64,000 bases of DNA from Schmidtea polychroa (lineage: Eukaryota). The stretch is taken from contig CM097886.1 of NCBI GenBank assembly GCA_044892525.1, forward strand, positions 120,962,001-121,026,000, in the 5' to 3' direction. Position numbers and translations under genes: made by a program. This document shows, one piece after another, positions 13,495-26,485 of this stretch (position 1 is the first letter of the stretch; every line of letters starts with the position of its first letter). A model generated the notes under the pieces. It was not told the DNA's origin. It made no database searches and worked only from the letters and a program-made list of their open reading frames with translations.

Positions 13495-15594
13495 TCAATT
13501 TTTCCAAACTTCTTTGGCCCTTTGATCATTATCACGTACAGTTTCCCATGATTTCCCATATACCATACTGGTCTCCTTGTTTTGCCTCTCCCCTTTGGAG
13601 TCTTCTGCCCCTTTTACATTATCACGTTTTCCTTTTAGTCGATTAACTTCCCCTTCGTCGTCCAGCATATCATTAACCGCCGCCTCGGGAGTTAAATCCT
13701 CTGATTCTGGTTTGTCTTTTTCCCAATTACTCATCACTTCCGTTGTCTTCGGTTCCACAATTTTATCGTCGGATAATTTTATGATCTCACCAGCCCGGCG
13801 AGCCTCATCTTTCTTTTCCCCTGTATTCATTTTTCCTTGAACATTTTGTGTGATTGTCAAAACGTTAACTAATTCGTTAGTTCTTTCAGAATTGAATATT
13901 TGCCCATCTAAATGACTCTGAGCTCCTTGCTCTTCATTAGATGCCTTACTCCTGTCGCGTGGCGTGTCCTCAATTCCTCGAGATGCCCGTAACTCGTCAT
14001 TGAACATTTCAGTTACCGCAAAATAACTCTGAACCGTCCTCATTGATGCGTTTTCATTTAATAATTCGTTGTGTCTTTGCTTACATCCGGTAACCTCGCA
14101 GAAAGATTCTTTACGACATTCCTTGGCCATGTGATTTCTTTTGAAGCAATTCCTGCCTAGTTTCTTTTCTTCGATGACTCTCTTCCTTTCTGAAATTGTG
14201 AGTTGCTTAAACTTGTCACATTGGTCTAGGTAATGTTGACCACCACATTGTACACACTCTGATCTATAGCCGTTAGAGTTATTCACCTGTATAACCGTTC
14301 CACTTTTAACTCTGCCATCTGGTAGCCCCGTAAAATGCGTCCAACCTCCTGGATTGAAGCTTTCTCTTTCTCTAGACACACCTTCTACTCTTGGTCCATC
14401 ATAAGCCCTGGTGCATGGTTGAGTCCCATACACGACCTCGTTAGTAGACCTTAGGATCTCCGCTTCTTGTTGTATCCATCTTTTCAAATCCTCTATCGTC
14501 TCCCGCAATTCCTTTTCTATTTTCTCTTTCTTCCATTTATACACAAGATCCGTTGTTAACTTGCCCAAACACTTTTGAAAAAGATATCCAGTCTTTAACT
14601 CGGATTCTTTCCCAGTGGATTTAAATCGCACAGTGACTGTTTCTAATAATCCAACAAATAAGTCTAGATCCTTCAAATCTCCTTCTCGAATTGGCCTGAA
14701 CTGGTCCATCTCCTCTAACATTGATAAATATATCCTTTCATCTCCACCATATCGCCTATCCAACTTCTCTTTTGCCATTTGATAAGCCTCTGCCGAATAT
14801 CCTAGATTTTCAATTAACTTTAATGGCTCTCCATGAAGGTACTTGTGCAGGTGAAACATCTTTTCAACCTCATCACCTTCCGCTTCGTCAACACACGCCG
14901 TAAAAGCTGCTTTCCATGGTTCGTACTCTTTCATTTTGCCTTCAAAGACAGGTATTGTAATTTTCTGTAGACTTTCCAGTTTTCTTTTATGCACGGAATT
15001 ATTCTTCTGGGTGGTATCATCATTCACCTTTTCCTTTTTTTCCATAAAAGATTGATTTGCTTTTCTTTCCATCAATGCCCCAATTATTTGATGTTTTTCC
15101 TCGATCTCCTGCAGGTCTTTATCTAAGATTGCAGTGATGTCCAATCTTTGCAATTTTTCACTGATCGTTCTTAGATCTCTTAATTCTTCATCTAGACTCT
15201 CCTTTTGATCTTCATATTCCTCCAACCATTTGCTAACATCCTTACCCTTTATATCATTCAGAATCTTGTTTCTCCATCTCGTTAATTTTCCTTTTTTCAT
15301 TCTCTTTTTCCACAATTCTTCTTCTAAAATCTCTTCGTCATTGCCCCCGCACAGCCTGAGTGACAAATGAAGTGTCGACCCTACTTGTATCCTATAATCG
15401 TTCAATCTTCTTTTATTTTCTAACTGCTTTCCTGCGTATACTAACATTTGATAATTTACCGGAATTCCTTCTTTGTCCTGGATTTTTCCTTTTACATTTT
15501 CAATTGTGTCGTTCCATTCAACGTTAAGAGTAATTGTCTTACCAGTAAGAGTTTTGACAAATATTTGACTTTCCCATCGCAACTCAACACCCAT
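13495..15594 (-). CDS. Ubiquitin-domain/BEL-Pao gag fusion (part of the 983-aa open frame 13495-16446)
   Basis: Ubiquitin domain at 15343-15570 ([14 protein letters not shown]...IQDKEGIP...GKQLE...[12 protein letters not shown]). DUF1759-type gag (IPVFEG...WKAAF...[17 protein letters not shown]...LDRRYGG). Pao-type knuckles [13 protein letters not shown] and [10 protein letters not shown]. Confidence 0.88.
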   Translation of the reverse strand: MGVELRWESQIFVKTLTGKTITLNVEWNDTIENVKGKIQDKEGIPVNYQMLVYAGKQLENKRRLNDYRIQVGSTLHLSLRLCGGNDEEILEEELWKKRMKKGKLTRWRNKILNDIKGKDVSKWLEEYEDQKESLDEELRDLRTISEKLQRLDITAILDKDLQEIEEKHQIIGALMERKANQSFMEKKEKVNDDTTQKNNSVHKRKLESLQKITIPVFEGKMKEYEPWKAAFTACVDEAEGDEVEKMFHLHKYLHGEPLKLIENLGYSAEAYQMAKEKLDRRYGGDERIYLSMLEEMDQFRPIREGDLKDLDLFVGLLETVTVRFKSTGKESELKTGYLFQKCLGKLTTDLVYKWKKEKIEKELRETIEDLKRWIQQEAEILRSTNEVVYGTQPCTRAYDGPRVEGVSRERESFNPGGWTHFTGLPDGRVKSGTVIQVNNSNGYRSECVQCGGQHYLDQCDKFKQLTISERKRVIEEKKLGRNCFKRNHMAKECRKESFCEVTGCKQRHNELLNENASMRTVQSYFAVTEMFNDELRASRGIEDTPRDRSKASNEEQGAQSHLDGQIFNSERTNELVNVLTITQNVQGKMNTGEKKDEARRAGEIIKLSDDKIVEPKTTEVMSNWEKDKPESEDLTPEAAVNDMLDDEGEVNRLKGKRDNVKGAEDSKGERQNKETSMVYGKSWETVRDNDQRAKEVWKN

Positions 15595-15714
15595 TACCCC
15601 GCTCGTCCTCACCCTTGACTTAGCTCTGTTCTTTACCCTGTTCCCCTGACTTCCCCCTTTAAAAGAGTGCTGGGGCCCATAGCAGCACTTTCCCACGCTC
15701 GGTAGGGAAGGGAG

Positions 15715-15834
15715 GATGATTAATTTTACAAAAATATAATTCAAATAAATGAAAATAAAATTTACATAACCCTTGATGATTAATTTTACAAAAATATAAT
15801 TCAAATAAATGAAAATAAAATTTACATCACCCTT
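15715..15834. repeat. 60-bp tandem duplication in the retroelement leader
   Basis: GATGATTAATTTTACAAAAATATAATTCAAATAAATGAAAATAAAATTTACAT(A/C)ACCCTT twice; the length keeps the frame. Confidence 0.9.
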
Positions 15835-15886
15835 GATCAGCCGGGGCTGTCTCCACTGAAACATTGGTGCGTAGCCCCCTGAAGGG

Positions 15887-15904
15887 AACCACGCTCTGCT
15901 ACCA
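15887..15904 (-). promoter_or_regulatory. Primer-binding site (tRNA-iMet)
   Basis: TGGTAGCAGAGCGTGGTT, complementary to the ...CTCTGCTACCA 3' end of initiator tRNA-Met. Confidence 0.85.
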
Positions 15905-16446
15905 TGTTTATGTTTAAATTCAAAATAACGATTAATAAGTTTATTTCCATCTACAGAGCCAGTTTTGAATAACAACAGTTTGTCCATGTCCATACCAGGA
16001 GATAATGTCCTCGTTGAACAACCCAATGGTCGCATCTCGGTTGATTGGGTAGAAAACTGCTTCATATCCGCAACAGAACGACTTATTATGTCGCAAGGCA
16101 TTTCATATCCATGTTTATATCTAAATAGAGCTGCTTCCATTTGTGCACGCCATACTTGAGATCGATAATCAGGGATCATACCAGTCATATCATTTTCAGT
16201 CCTTTCAGTAATATTAAACAATCTTGTAGCTGAACTCTTCTCAATCATTTTATCTGGAACCTGTCTTTGTGTAGCTACTACATCCCAATAATTGCATCGA
16301 ATATCCATGGAAAGCAATCCACCACATAAATTTGATATCATATTATTCTTTTCATAATTAACTGCAGCCATCTTTGATCGGCAGCTCATAATACAAAACG
16401 AAAAACCAAATCCATAAGAATTCAACAACTCGAGTTCCATTGCCAT
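15905..16446 (-). CDS. Unknown LTR-encoded ORF, in frame with ubiquitin-gag (second copy 12051-12596)
   Basis: About 180 codons of protein-like composition inside the LTR. In the 5' LTR the frame stays open through the PBS and leader into gag; in the 3' LTR it stops in the TSD. Confidence 0.5.
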
Positions 16447-16781
16447 CTATTCTAACTCTTTACCAAAATTCATAACCGAAAAATTCCATACCATTAACTC
16501 ATCATTAACATTATCATCGATCACCATTAATTCACCATTTTCAACAATCCATAAAAATTCCAAATTCTAAAATTCAAATTACAAATAACTAACTAACCAT
16601 AAAAATACCTCTTGCTCGCGTCTGTGTGCGCACACAGCCAAGAACAAAGAAAAGAAAAGCGCACACAGACGCGAGGATCGGATTAAAATTTCCACATACT
16701 CCATTTTACGCGTCTGTGTGCGCACACAACCAAAACAAAGAAAAAAGCGCACACAGACGCGAGAAAAATAATAATTCACCA
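15905..16781 (-). repeat. 5' LTR
   Basis: Followed immediately on the minus strand by a PBS. Confidence 0.92.
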
Positions 16782-18131
16782 TTTAGGGTTGTGGCCATCT
16801 AATCGTTTGTTCTCAATTTTGCTCATTTTTATTCAAAACATTCAGGTGAGTTGTTATCTGGAAAGTTTCTTTTAGCTCAGCTTTGTTAAAACACTCACGG
16901 TATTCTTGAAAGACGTGACACTGGAAATAAATTAACAATGGGTGGTCATTCATACATGTTGTTAGTCTGAGCTGTCGATTTATTTTAGAAATAGGTATAT
17001 TAAAAATATTTAAGTTATCATTCAGTAAAATAATATAGTATTTTGAATATGTTTTAGTTAATTTATAAATAACAGTATTTTGATATATCAATAAAGACCA
17101 TATACTCCGAGTTTATCCGACAAAATATTCTGTCCCCCTATGGGTATTGCTAGCAAGGGTACTGGTCACATTCAACATGTCGCAAGGGTATATTAATCAT
17201 TTAGAAATTCTTAGGTAATTTAGTGAGATGATCAGAAATTCGTGAATATTTTAAATGTAACTTACAGAATTCTTATTTCGAGTGACTAATTTATTGGTTA
17301 ACTTTGTAGTCATTTAAAGCAAAAGGTAATTTATTCATCTAATGTTCGTTACAATAGTTAATAATATGAGAAAAATATGGTCATTATTCATTGATAATTT
17401 TAAATTCTTTATCATTTGGAGTAAATTTGTTTGAGGCAAAAATAGTTAAAGGAGTCATAATAGAAATATGGTTATCATTTATCCAATTAAGGGGCTTATT
17501 ATTTAGAAATATATATTATAAAGTAACAATTATTTTCTTATTTAATTAGATGATCATTAGACGTAATATATCTTTGCGACAAATTTAAGATGTTTGAGTA
17601 ACCAAAACATGGATATTTTGTGCGATAAATTTATGAATATTGGTTAATTTTGTTATTTTTAGTCATTTAAAATAATATTTAGCAAAGGTAATTTAGCAAA
17701 ATATCATTTATCCACCCGATAACAATATTCCTTCAATAGATTAACTGATATTCAACCTATTTAATTTCTGGAAATATAATTAAAATCATAAATTTCTTTC
17801 AATAAAGTTAAATTTTCTTTAGTTGTTTTCCAACTCTTTTAATTCAATAATTTTGTTACCGTTATCTTCATAATGAATGTCCGTCTTTAACATGTTAAAT
17901 AAAGATAATTTAAAGCAATAACCTTTGATATCAATTATCTCTAAATATTTCAAATATTTCATTGACAAAACCAAGTAAATTAGTCATTAACCCTAAACAC
18001 TTCAATAAAATCCTGGATAATTAATAGACTATTTCCCTTGAAACATTTCCAATAAGAACATCACCCATTTAAATATTCAAAACATTTCCATCCTAACCGA
18101 TCCCTCACCAAATATTTCTACCCCTTTAAAC

Positions 18132-20848
18132 ATGAAGGATATATTAAATTTACAATACATAATATTTTAATATTATATAAAATTATACTGTATTTATTAA
18201 TAAATTTAGAATACATAAAATTATAATATTATAATATTATATAAAATTATACTATATAATAATGTTTAAATATGCTTAAATAACTAACTTGTTTAAATAT
18301 TTTTAAATAACTAAATTTAAATTAATTAAATAAACTTTTCAAATAACTTTATTTCTTTCGTTTTAGTATCCATAAAGTAAGTCAATAAAGAATTTACTAC
18401 AATATTTTAATTATTTTACTTAGTAATGAAGAAAATGAATTATATGATTATGAAGAAGATGAACCAGACAAAATTGTGAAACACTAAAGGAGTTATAGAT
18501 TTTGGATTTAGAGATTTCTTATTAAAACATGAATTATATGATTATGAAGAAGATGAACCAGACACAATGGTGAAACACTAAAGAAGTTATAGTTCCGGAT
18601 TTTTTAAATGAATTATCTGATTGTGAGTGTCCTTCAACATGAATTATCAGACTTAAATTATGTAAACTTTCAACGAATGTCAAGAAAAACCGATGTTTTA
18701 GCAATTAAGTAAAGTACTCGTCATACCTGAAGAATATTATTATTAATGTAAGACATGAATTAATTCTTTAAAATATATATATTATATTTAGGTATCTGTG
18801 TTTTATGGTGGGAATTGATAAGGAAAAAGTATACCATAAATAACAGTTGCCTAATAGTCAGACAAAATTTAATTTGTGACGATAAAATGTTAGATAACAT
18901 CTGTAAGTTAATTGCTTTTAAATCAATATAAATTTTAGCAATGATAGTTGACGCCGTCCAATTTGCAAGACGTATTCCATGAAATCACTATCAAATGGCC
19001 CGATGGAGATGATAATTTTGAGATAGATTACCAGCAGAAGAGCGAGAAAAATTTGTAAATTAAATATAATAGGGTTGGGTGGGTCCTCTTTATCCCTTAA
19101 TTAATATATATTTACAAGCTGATCGTCGTGGTGAGCGGTTGTAATCCAACTAGTGGGAGGCCTCTGTAAATATATATTTGTGTTAGTGAAAACATTAATT
19201 AATTTGGTTATAGTGCCAATGACGCATGTATTTTGAAATTATACGTTTCGAATGTGCTGGTAGTTGACTACTCATGCTAGGCGTAATGTTCCGTACGGAA
19301 AGCTATAATGCCCAGGTTCTTCTGACCCCACTTGGGGGAGGCACAGACGACCCTTGTGGACGCGAACAAATATCCACCGTGTCTTTCAGGCACAGATATT
19401 TTGTCACTGCTCATTAGGCCTGGCAATAATAATTGCATAAACTTTGCCTTGCCCTGTCTTGTCTTGATTTTCAAGGTTTAAATAATTATTAAAAATAGTA
19501 TGTGTGATAAGTTTTATTTACTAACCTTAATTAATATACCCTTGCGACAAGTTGAATGTGAGTAGTACCCTTGCTAGCAATACCCATAGGAGGACAGAAT
19601 ATCTTGTCGGATAGACTAGGAGTATATACACCCATGTTAAACAAGGTATGTGTAAAATTGTAAATTATCGCTCCTTATTGAAAATTTCATGTAAAGGCAA
19701 ATACAGAATACTGCAAACATATAATAATTCTCTACCCCATAACCTAGTGTGTAAAAATTATTTTAGGTTTAATAATAATAGTAATAATAAAGTTTAATGA
19801 GTTGTATATGTGTGTAAATAATCGGTTAGTTTTTTCACTAATATTTGCAATAATAATAATAATATAGATAATAATAATATAGATAATAATAATAATGTTT
19901 AATGGGTTGTGTATGTGTATGTTAAAAATATTTTAGGTTTTTCAATAATAATAATAATAATAATAATTCCCGCGTGTGTTACTTTGAAATATTTGCAATA
20001 ATAATAATAATGATAATGATAATAATAACTCCCGCGCGTATTATTACTTTGAAAGAAAATATTGAAAATTCAAAAAATAATAATAATATTTATGCAAAGC
20101 ATGTGCAATAATTATGTCTTTGTTAAATAAGTAAACTTTAGTGTCAAAATAAGTTTTTTAAAATATATTTAAATTTTAAAATACTGCAACGTAATATATT
20201 TTTGTCCTACCCCTTCATTGATTTAAGTTGGTCAGAATTTAATAATAATTTTAATTTTAATAATAAATAATAATAATACTTTGAAATTGTATTTGAAAAT
20301 AATTTACGACATGTTGAATGTGAGTAGTACCTTTGCGAGCAGTACATTAGTAACCTTTACCTTTGCGACCATTACCCAATGTGTTAATAAATTATAGTGT
20401 ATATTTAAAGTATAATATTTAGAATTTCTTTGTTAAAGTTCTGTCTTGAATATTTTTAACAGTACCTTTGCGAACTTTGTGACCTTTACCTTTGTAACCA
20501 TTACCCAATGTGTTAATAAATTTGAGTGTATATTTAAAGTATAATATTTAGAATTTCTTTGTTAAAGTTTTGTCTTGAATATTTTTAGCAGTACATTTGT
20601 TACCTTTACCTTTGTGACCTTTACTTTTGTGACCATTACCCATAGGGGGACAGAATATCTTGTCGGATAGACTAGGAGTATAAACACCCATGTTAAACAA
20701 GGTATGTGTATATAGAATGTATGCATAAAATTGTAAATTATCGCTCCTTATTGACAAATTTCTGTAGAGACAAACACAGAATATTGCAAACATATAATAA
20801 TTCTCTACCCCATAACTTAGTATGTAAAAATTATTTTAGGTTTTTGAC

Positions 20849-20931
<83 letters not shown>

Positions 20932-21077
20932 GTAATAATAAAGTTTAATGAGTTGTATATGTGTGTAAATAATAGGTTAGTTTTTTCACTAATATATGCA
21001 ATAATAATAATATAGATAATAATAATAATGACGTTTAATGGGTTGTGCCTGTGTGTATAAATTATTTTAGCTTTTTC

Positions 21078-21122
<45 letters not shown>

Positions 21123-22657
21123 TGCCGTGCGTGTTAATACTTTGAAAGAAAATATTGAAAATTCAAAAAAATAATAATAATATTTATGCAAATCACGTGC
21201 AATAATTATATTTTTGTAAAATAAGTCAACTTTAGTGTCAAAATAAGTTTTTTAAAATATATTTAAATTTTAAAATACCGCAACGTAATATATTTTTTGT
21301 CCTACCCTTCATTGATTTAAGTTGGCAGAATTTAATAATAATTTTAATTTTAATAATAATTAATAATAATACTTTGAAATTGTATTTGAAAATAATTTAC
21401 GACATGTTGAGTGTGAGTATTACCTTTGCGAGCAGTACATTAGTAACCTTTACCTTTGCGACCATTACCCGATGTGTTAATAAATTTATGTATATTTTAA
21501 GTATAATATTTAGAATTTCTTTGTTAAAGTTCTGTCTTGAATATTTTTAACAGTACATTTGTGACCTTTACCTTTGTGACCTTTACTTTTGTGACCATTA
21601 CCCATAGGGAGACAGAATATCTTGTCGGATAGACTCGGACTATATATAATTATAATACTTTGAAAATAATAATAATAATAATAATAACTTGTTGCATGTG
21701 TGGACACTAATAAGATTTTTTATACATTGTGTGTAATAATATGTTAAAGTTTTAGCAGTACCTTTGTGACCATTACCCTTAGAGGAACAGAATATCTTGT
21801 CTGGTAGACTATATATGATTATGCAAAGTATGTGCAATAATTTTATTTTGTCAACTTAACCGTCAAAACAAGTTTTTAAAATAAATTTAAATTTTAAAAT
21901 ACCGCAACGTAATATATTTAAAAAGTATGATGAGTCATGTGTGTCTTTGTATGCAATATGTCTTTGTTATATAAAATTGAATATAAAGATGGGGAAAGCT
22001 GGTTTGTAAATATGTCAATACAGGGATATAAAATAGATGAGAAAGATGTCATATCAACGATTTGGAAATTAGATAGTGATCGAATTTCTCTAGGATTTTA
22101 ATAAATGTTTAGTTTTTAATACATCTTTTAATATGTCTTTTAATATAATTATTTACTATGAGTTAAGTATAGATGAATAATTTGTATTTTTTTTTAAAGT
22201 TGAAAATATGTGTGTATGTAAAAGTTGGCTAAAAATATATTGTTTAAGGTGTTATGATTATGAATTTGAAGTAAATAATGATGTCATTTTATAGAAATTA
22301 AAATTCTATCTATATATTGTTTGAGTGAACATATCTCAATTTGTTTAAAAGATGTGTAAATTTAAAAATGGTGTACTAAAAATGAAATTTCAGAATTTTG
22401 ATTACATCATAGCCTCATTTAAATTATTACATAATCGACGATTAAAACAAATTAAAATATTACGTAACCATAAAATAAAACAAAATTTTACGTAATCGAT
22501 GATTAAAACAAAAAATGAAATTATTACGTAATCGATAATTAAAACAAAAATTTTAATTAAAAAAAAACAAATTAGGGGGGGGGTATTTTAAAAATTTTAA
22601 AAAAATAAAAAAAAATATTTAAAAAAAAATAGGGGGGGGGTATCTGGATCTAGAGTG
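18132..22657 (-). repeat. Right inverted arm (~4.5 kb, with an extra ~1-kb internal tandem unit)
   Basis: Mirror of the left arm. The unit starting GACAGAATATCTTGTCGGATAGACTAGGAG occurs at ~19590 and again at ~20650. Confidence 0.9.
20849..20941. repeat. (AAT)n microsatellite
   Basis: About 30 AAT units; source of the spurious poly-N and poly-I ORFs. Confidence 0.95.
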
Positions 22658-23075
22658 CACATGGATCTGCAGCTGTAGTTTTGCCTGTTGTTTCCGTCTG
22701 ATGATTGGTTATGATTATCTGATGATTGGTTTGTGTTGTAATTGCTGCTATTGTATAGGTCTATAGTTTCGTTTGAATTGAAATTGTGCATGTTGTATTT
22801 CTCTTTTATTTCGGCTAGTTCTGCATTTATTTTTCTCTTTTCGACAATTATTTCGTCGAATTTGCTAATCAATGTGTTAATTAGTTGGTTTGATATTTCG
22901 TTTGATTCAGTGTTTTTGTTGTTTGTCTGGTTGTTGTAATTTGTTTTGTTGCTGTTGTAGTCTTAAGTGCTGCATATAGTTGGAGAAATTTCTTCATTTA
23001 TTTTATCTGCTGTCTGCTAGTGTTTCTACGTCCGAATTGCTGCTGACTGTAAGAATACGTCTTATTTCTGGTTGC
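22658..23075 (-). pseudogene. Ty3/gypsy gag N-terminal/central part
   Basis: QPEIRRILTVSSNSDVETLA..ADKI then an Asn/Thr/Gln-rich tract; joins 8438 in frame. Confidence 0.65.
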
Positions 23076-24594
23076 ATTGCTCGCATATGAAAATGAAAAG
23101 AGAGAAAAACGTCACCCTCACCGAGCATAAAAATAGAAATCTAGTATTGGAAATTCTAGAACCGGCTAAGTCCTACCATTTGAAGTGGGCAAACGAACCC
23201 ACATGGATCTTCAATGTGAATGAAAACGATTATAGGTCGTTCAAGCCATTCGTCCAGAACATCTACCCAAACCAGGAAAACAACCTAACATTGTTCGTAG
23301 TTTTGGGGTGGAGAAAATCCTTTGTTTTGTTTTAATAATTTTTCTTTTTTTTAGGATAAGTTTGTTTTAAATAATGAAATTAGGTGAGATGAAAGATTCA
23401 ACTAAAGATGAGAAAATAAAGTAAAAAGCACCAAGTAAAATAAAATATCATGAAAAACATCAAGTAAAACAAAGTAAGAAGTAGGGGTTTGGCCTTTGAG
23501 AGCCAATCACGATTTAAAATTTTAATTTTAGGTTTCAACCCTACTAGTTTTTGTCGGTGAACCATAAGTCAGTGAACGACTTGTCATGATACTTACATAT
23601 AAATAGATATCACTTATACATGAATGAAAAAGGAATAGAAAATTTTACGTCGACGTAAAATTATTTGGTTACTTCGTCTACACCGCCAACTTATTTTCAA
23701 AATTATTAGACTATCTCTAAATAAATCTTAGTCGATGCCTTAGATGTAATTGCGCTGGTGGGTTACAGGTAATCAACATTTTACCTCGTCGTGCTGTTTC
23801 CAGCGTAACCCAGAATACAATTATACATTCGACCACTTGGTACCCGTTGTGTAATCAACGTTGGTACTGTACCAAGAGTTTAAGTACCAGTAAAAAGTGA
23901 GCATGCATAGCATTCTCTAATTGTCTAGCACTCACTTGGATCCACGGACTGCCGATATAAGGCCTGTGTGGGATTTTCTCGGTCCTTCAGTTTCAGATTG
24001 TGTTGCCAAATGATCAGAGTTCATGCAGACATACGATTTAACATAATAATAAATACTAATTTTATTTATATCATGTATACTATCATAAAAGTTCGTGGTG
24101 CATCAGTTGGCAGCGATTCACTCAGGGTAACACTGTAACCTGTCGTATCCATCCAAATCATCCAGTTATTCGGTCAGGGTTTCATTTTCCAGCCTCTGCA
24201 GCCGATCTAAGGCTGCCTTGCCACTACAGAAGGCATCCGTCAGAGCCAGCTCTGTGTAGTTGATGAACGGATTTACTTTCGGAGTGACTGGAATCACATT
24301 CTGATAGGTCTACCAGATCCACCGAGATCTTAGCTGGATGAGCTCCTCCTTTCGGTCAAGACTGGTGGTGTCTTCAACCTCCACCTGGGTTGACTCCGGA
24401 ATTAGTTCTGTCGACAAGGGACCAACCTGTTCGTTTCTTCGTCTAGTGAATATATTCCTTGACGAGCCTACACCCATCACTTAGGTTTAACATTAACAAA
24501 ATGATATCCTAATTCTACCCCTGGATCAAAGTTAAACCAACTAACTGATCTGTTTCTTATACGTTGACGTTCAAACGTACTCTTACATTCTAAG

Positions 24595-25260
24595 TGTTGG
24601 GCTGAACGTAAAAATAAATAATATAGCGGTTAATGGATAGGGACTGAATAAAGAAAGAAAAACAGGAAATAGGAAGCAAATAAAAATAATTAAATTTAGT
24701 AACAAATAGGATAAGAATATAAAATAATATGAAAAAACAAGAAAATAAAACTTAAACAAAGAAATAAGAGTAAAAGTATAAATAAAAACATGAAATATCG
24801 ATTTAAACTCAGAGAAAAGCCAAAATAGGCCGTTGCACCACCAAAAACCCATAAAATTAGGCGAAATTAGGAAAATAATAGAACAATAAAATAACAAAAT
24901 AAAATAAAATAATATATAATAAAAAAAAATGAATAAAGGAAAATAATCAAAAAACAACCCGACTCAATTATTATTGGTCAAAAATTAATATATAAAGCGG
25001 CCGCTAAATTAGTTAAGTAACGACTTAAACAATTCACTGCAGCTAAAATGATTTTTTATAGAACGACTTAAACAATTCACTACAGGTCAAACTTCTTCAA
25101 ATTCAATACAGGAACCACTACGAGGAATCAATTAAGCTTAACTACAGGGAATACTATTTAATCACGACCACAGGACCGAGAAATCACTGAGAAACTCTCA
25201 TTTAGAATTTCAAACGTATATCTAACACTCGGGACAATCCATTTAGTAAAATCTTAGCCG
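24595..25260 (+). promoter_or_regulatory. LTR-like promoter module P1
   Basis: Starts TGTTGGGCTGA (same as P3), A-rich tract, ATTGG at 24973, TATATAAA at 24989, GCGGCCGCTAAATTAGTTA. 3' boundary uncertain. Confidence 0.55.
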
Positions 25261-26485
25261 CAAGAGAAATCATTTTAATGTCGTCACATACTCGGAATCC
25301 AAACGGCATGGTCGCCGGTTAAAATTTGTTTATTTATTTTCATTATAATAGTAAAAAGAATTAAAACGAAACGAATATAATTTTCGTTACATTATATTAA
25401 TATCTCTAACATAAATAATCTGAATTGGAAAATATGTTTGGTCAGATGGTGCAGACATGGTGGACAGTGATGTCGGTGATGTGTGGGTGAGTTCTGGCGA
25501 GTGGAGGAACCAAAGCTGCTGACAGAGTATAGAGAATAATAAATGAAATCGGGCAGTTCGTATCGAGTGATATTCGGCAGTAATCTTCTGAAAAGTGATC
25601 GATGGCGTGCGTCTCAAGCTACATAACGTTCCAATACATTTGCTAACGAGGAGAAATTACCGAGATGTTCCAATCACGTAGATGAAATCTTCGGTTCCAT
25701 AAGAACCCTTGCCGGAATTGACATTCAACATCCAGATTCTTTTTTGTAATAAGAGACTCACGAATGCTAGGTGCTGCATCCACTTCCTTCATGATTTGTT
25801 ATCGATAAGAGCACGTCCGAGAGTCGGATACAGAGGTTGAAATTTAAGAAATGGCATGAATCCACCATGAACATGTGAACGGCGATATACAATCCATATT
25901 CTCGTCGAATTTCCGGGATAATCATCGCATTCACGAATCATCACGAACAGCGCTAATTCCCTTCATAGTTGACGATCACTTGAAATTCTTCTGATAAACA
26001 ATGGTTAGGCGAATCACCGTGCTGCGAGACCACCGAATTTTGCGAGATAATCATTTTCCATGACATGTCGATAAACAAATGCTGGAATAACATGGATTTT
26101 CTACGATCACTAGGCCTATCCATCAGTAATGCAAAGGTTTACATAAACATTGACATTAAAGAGAGATAATCACGAAAATCACGATGCGATCTCGAACCAC
26201 CGAGAACAAATGGTGTGCGATTGCAGGGAAATTAGACATGATTGATGACCTGATGCCTGATGTGGATGTTTGCGAGATAAATAACCGAAATCTTCTAAAC
26301 GACCAGATTACTACAGTCTGATTTTTTATTTGTTGATTAATTTTCTGTCAGCGGTGAGCTGAAGTAGAAATAAATATTTATGTCAGCATTAGATTTTTAC
26401 CCGATAAACTGGTCGTGGAAGATAACATGGCATTATGATATACACTGCATGAGGGATTCTCCAGCACACAAATTGTTAATTAGAT

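Larger units (their letters stand above)
12055..16781 (-). mobile_element. Complete non-autonomous BEL/Pao LTR retrotransposon (ubiquitin-gag only)
   Basis: Two 877-bp LTRs, TG...CA on the minus strand. TSD TTTAG at 12050-12054 and 16782-16786. PBS at 15887-15904, PPT at 12932-12944. No protease, RT, RNase H or integrase motifs seen. Confidence 0.92.
8439..22657. mobile_element. ~14.2-kb foldback-type DNA element with multi-kb inverted arms
   Basis: Termini CACTCTAGATCCAGATACCCCCCC ... GGGGGGGTATCTGGATCTAGAGTG, flanked by TA/CA (or an AT duplication if ends are 8436/22660). Removal restores the gag frame. No transposase recognised. Confidence 0.8.

Noticed and set aside
15343-15570. Host ubiquitin gene
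   Set aside because: Diverged from canonical ubiquitin (which is nearly invariant) and embedded between a PBS and gag inside an LTR element.
20548-21837. Short poly-Asn/poly-Ile and HKGKGHK ORFs in the foldback arms
   Set aside because: Products of (AAT)n microsatellites and subterminal repeats; mirrored in both arms with no protein features.
8439-22657. Polinton/Maverick or virus genome
   Set aside because: No AG...CT termini or 6-bp TSD, and no pPolB, integrase, ATPase or capsid motifs seen.
24583-24957. Hydrophobic Phe/Leu/Ile-rich ORF resembling a membrane protein (also 5558-5764 and 7948-8187)
   Set aside because: Translation of T-rich low-complexity strands of LTR-like or gag-antisense regions.
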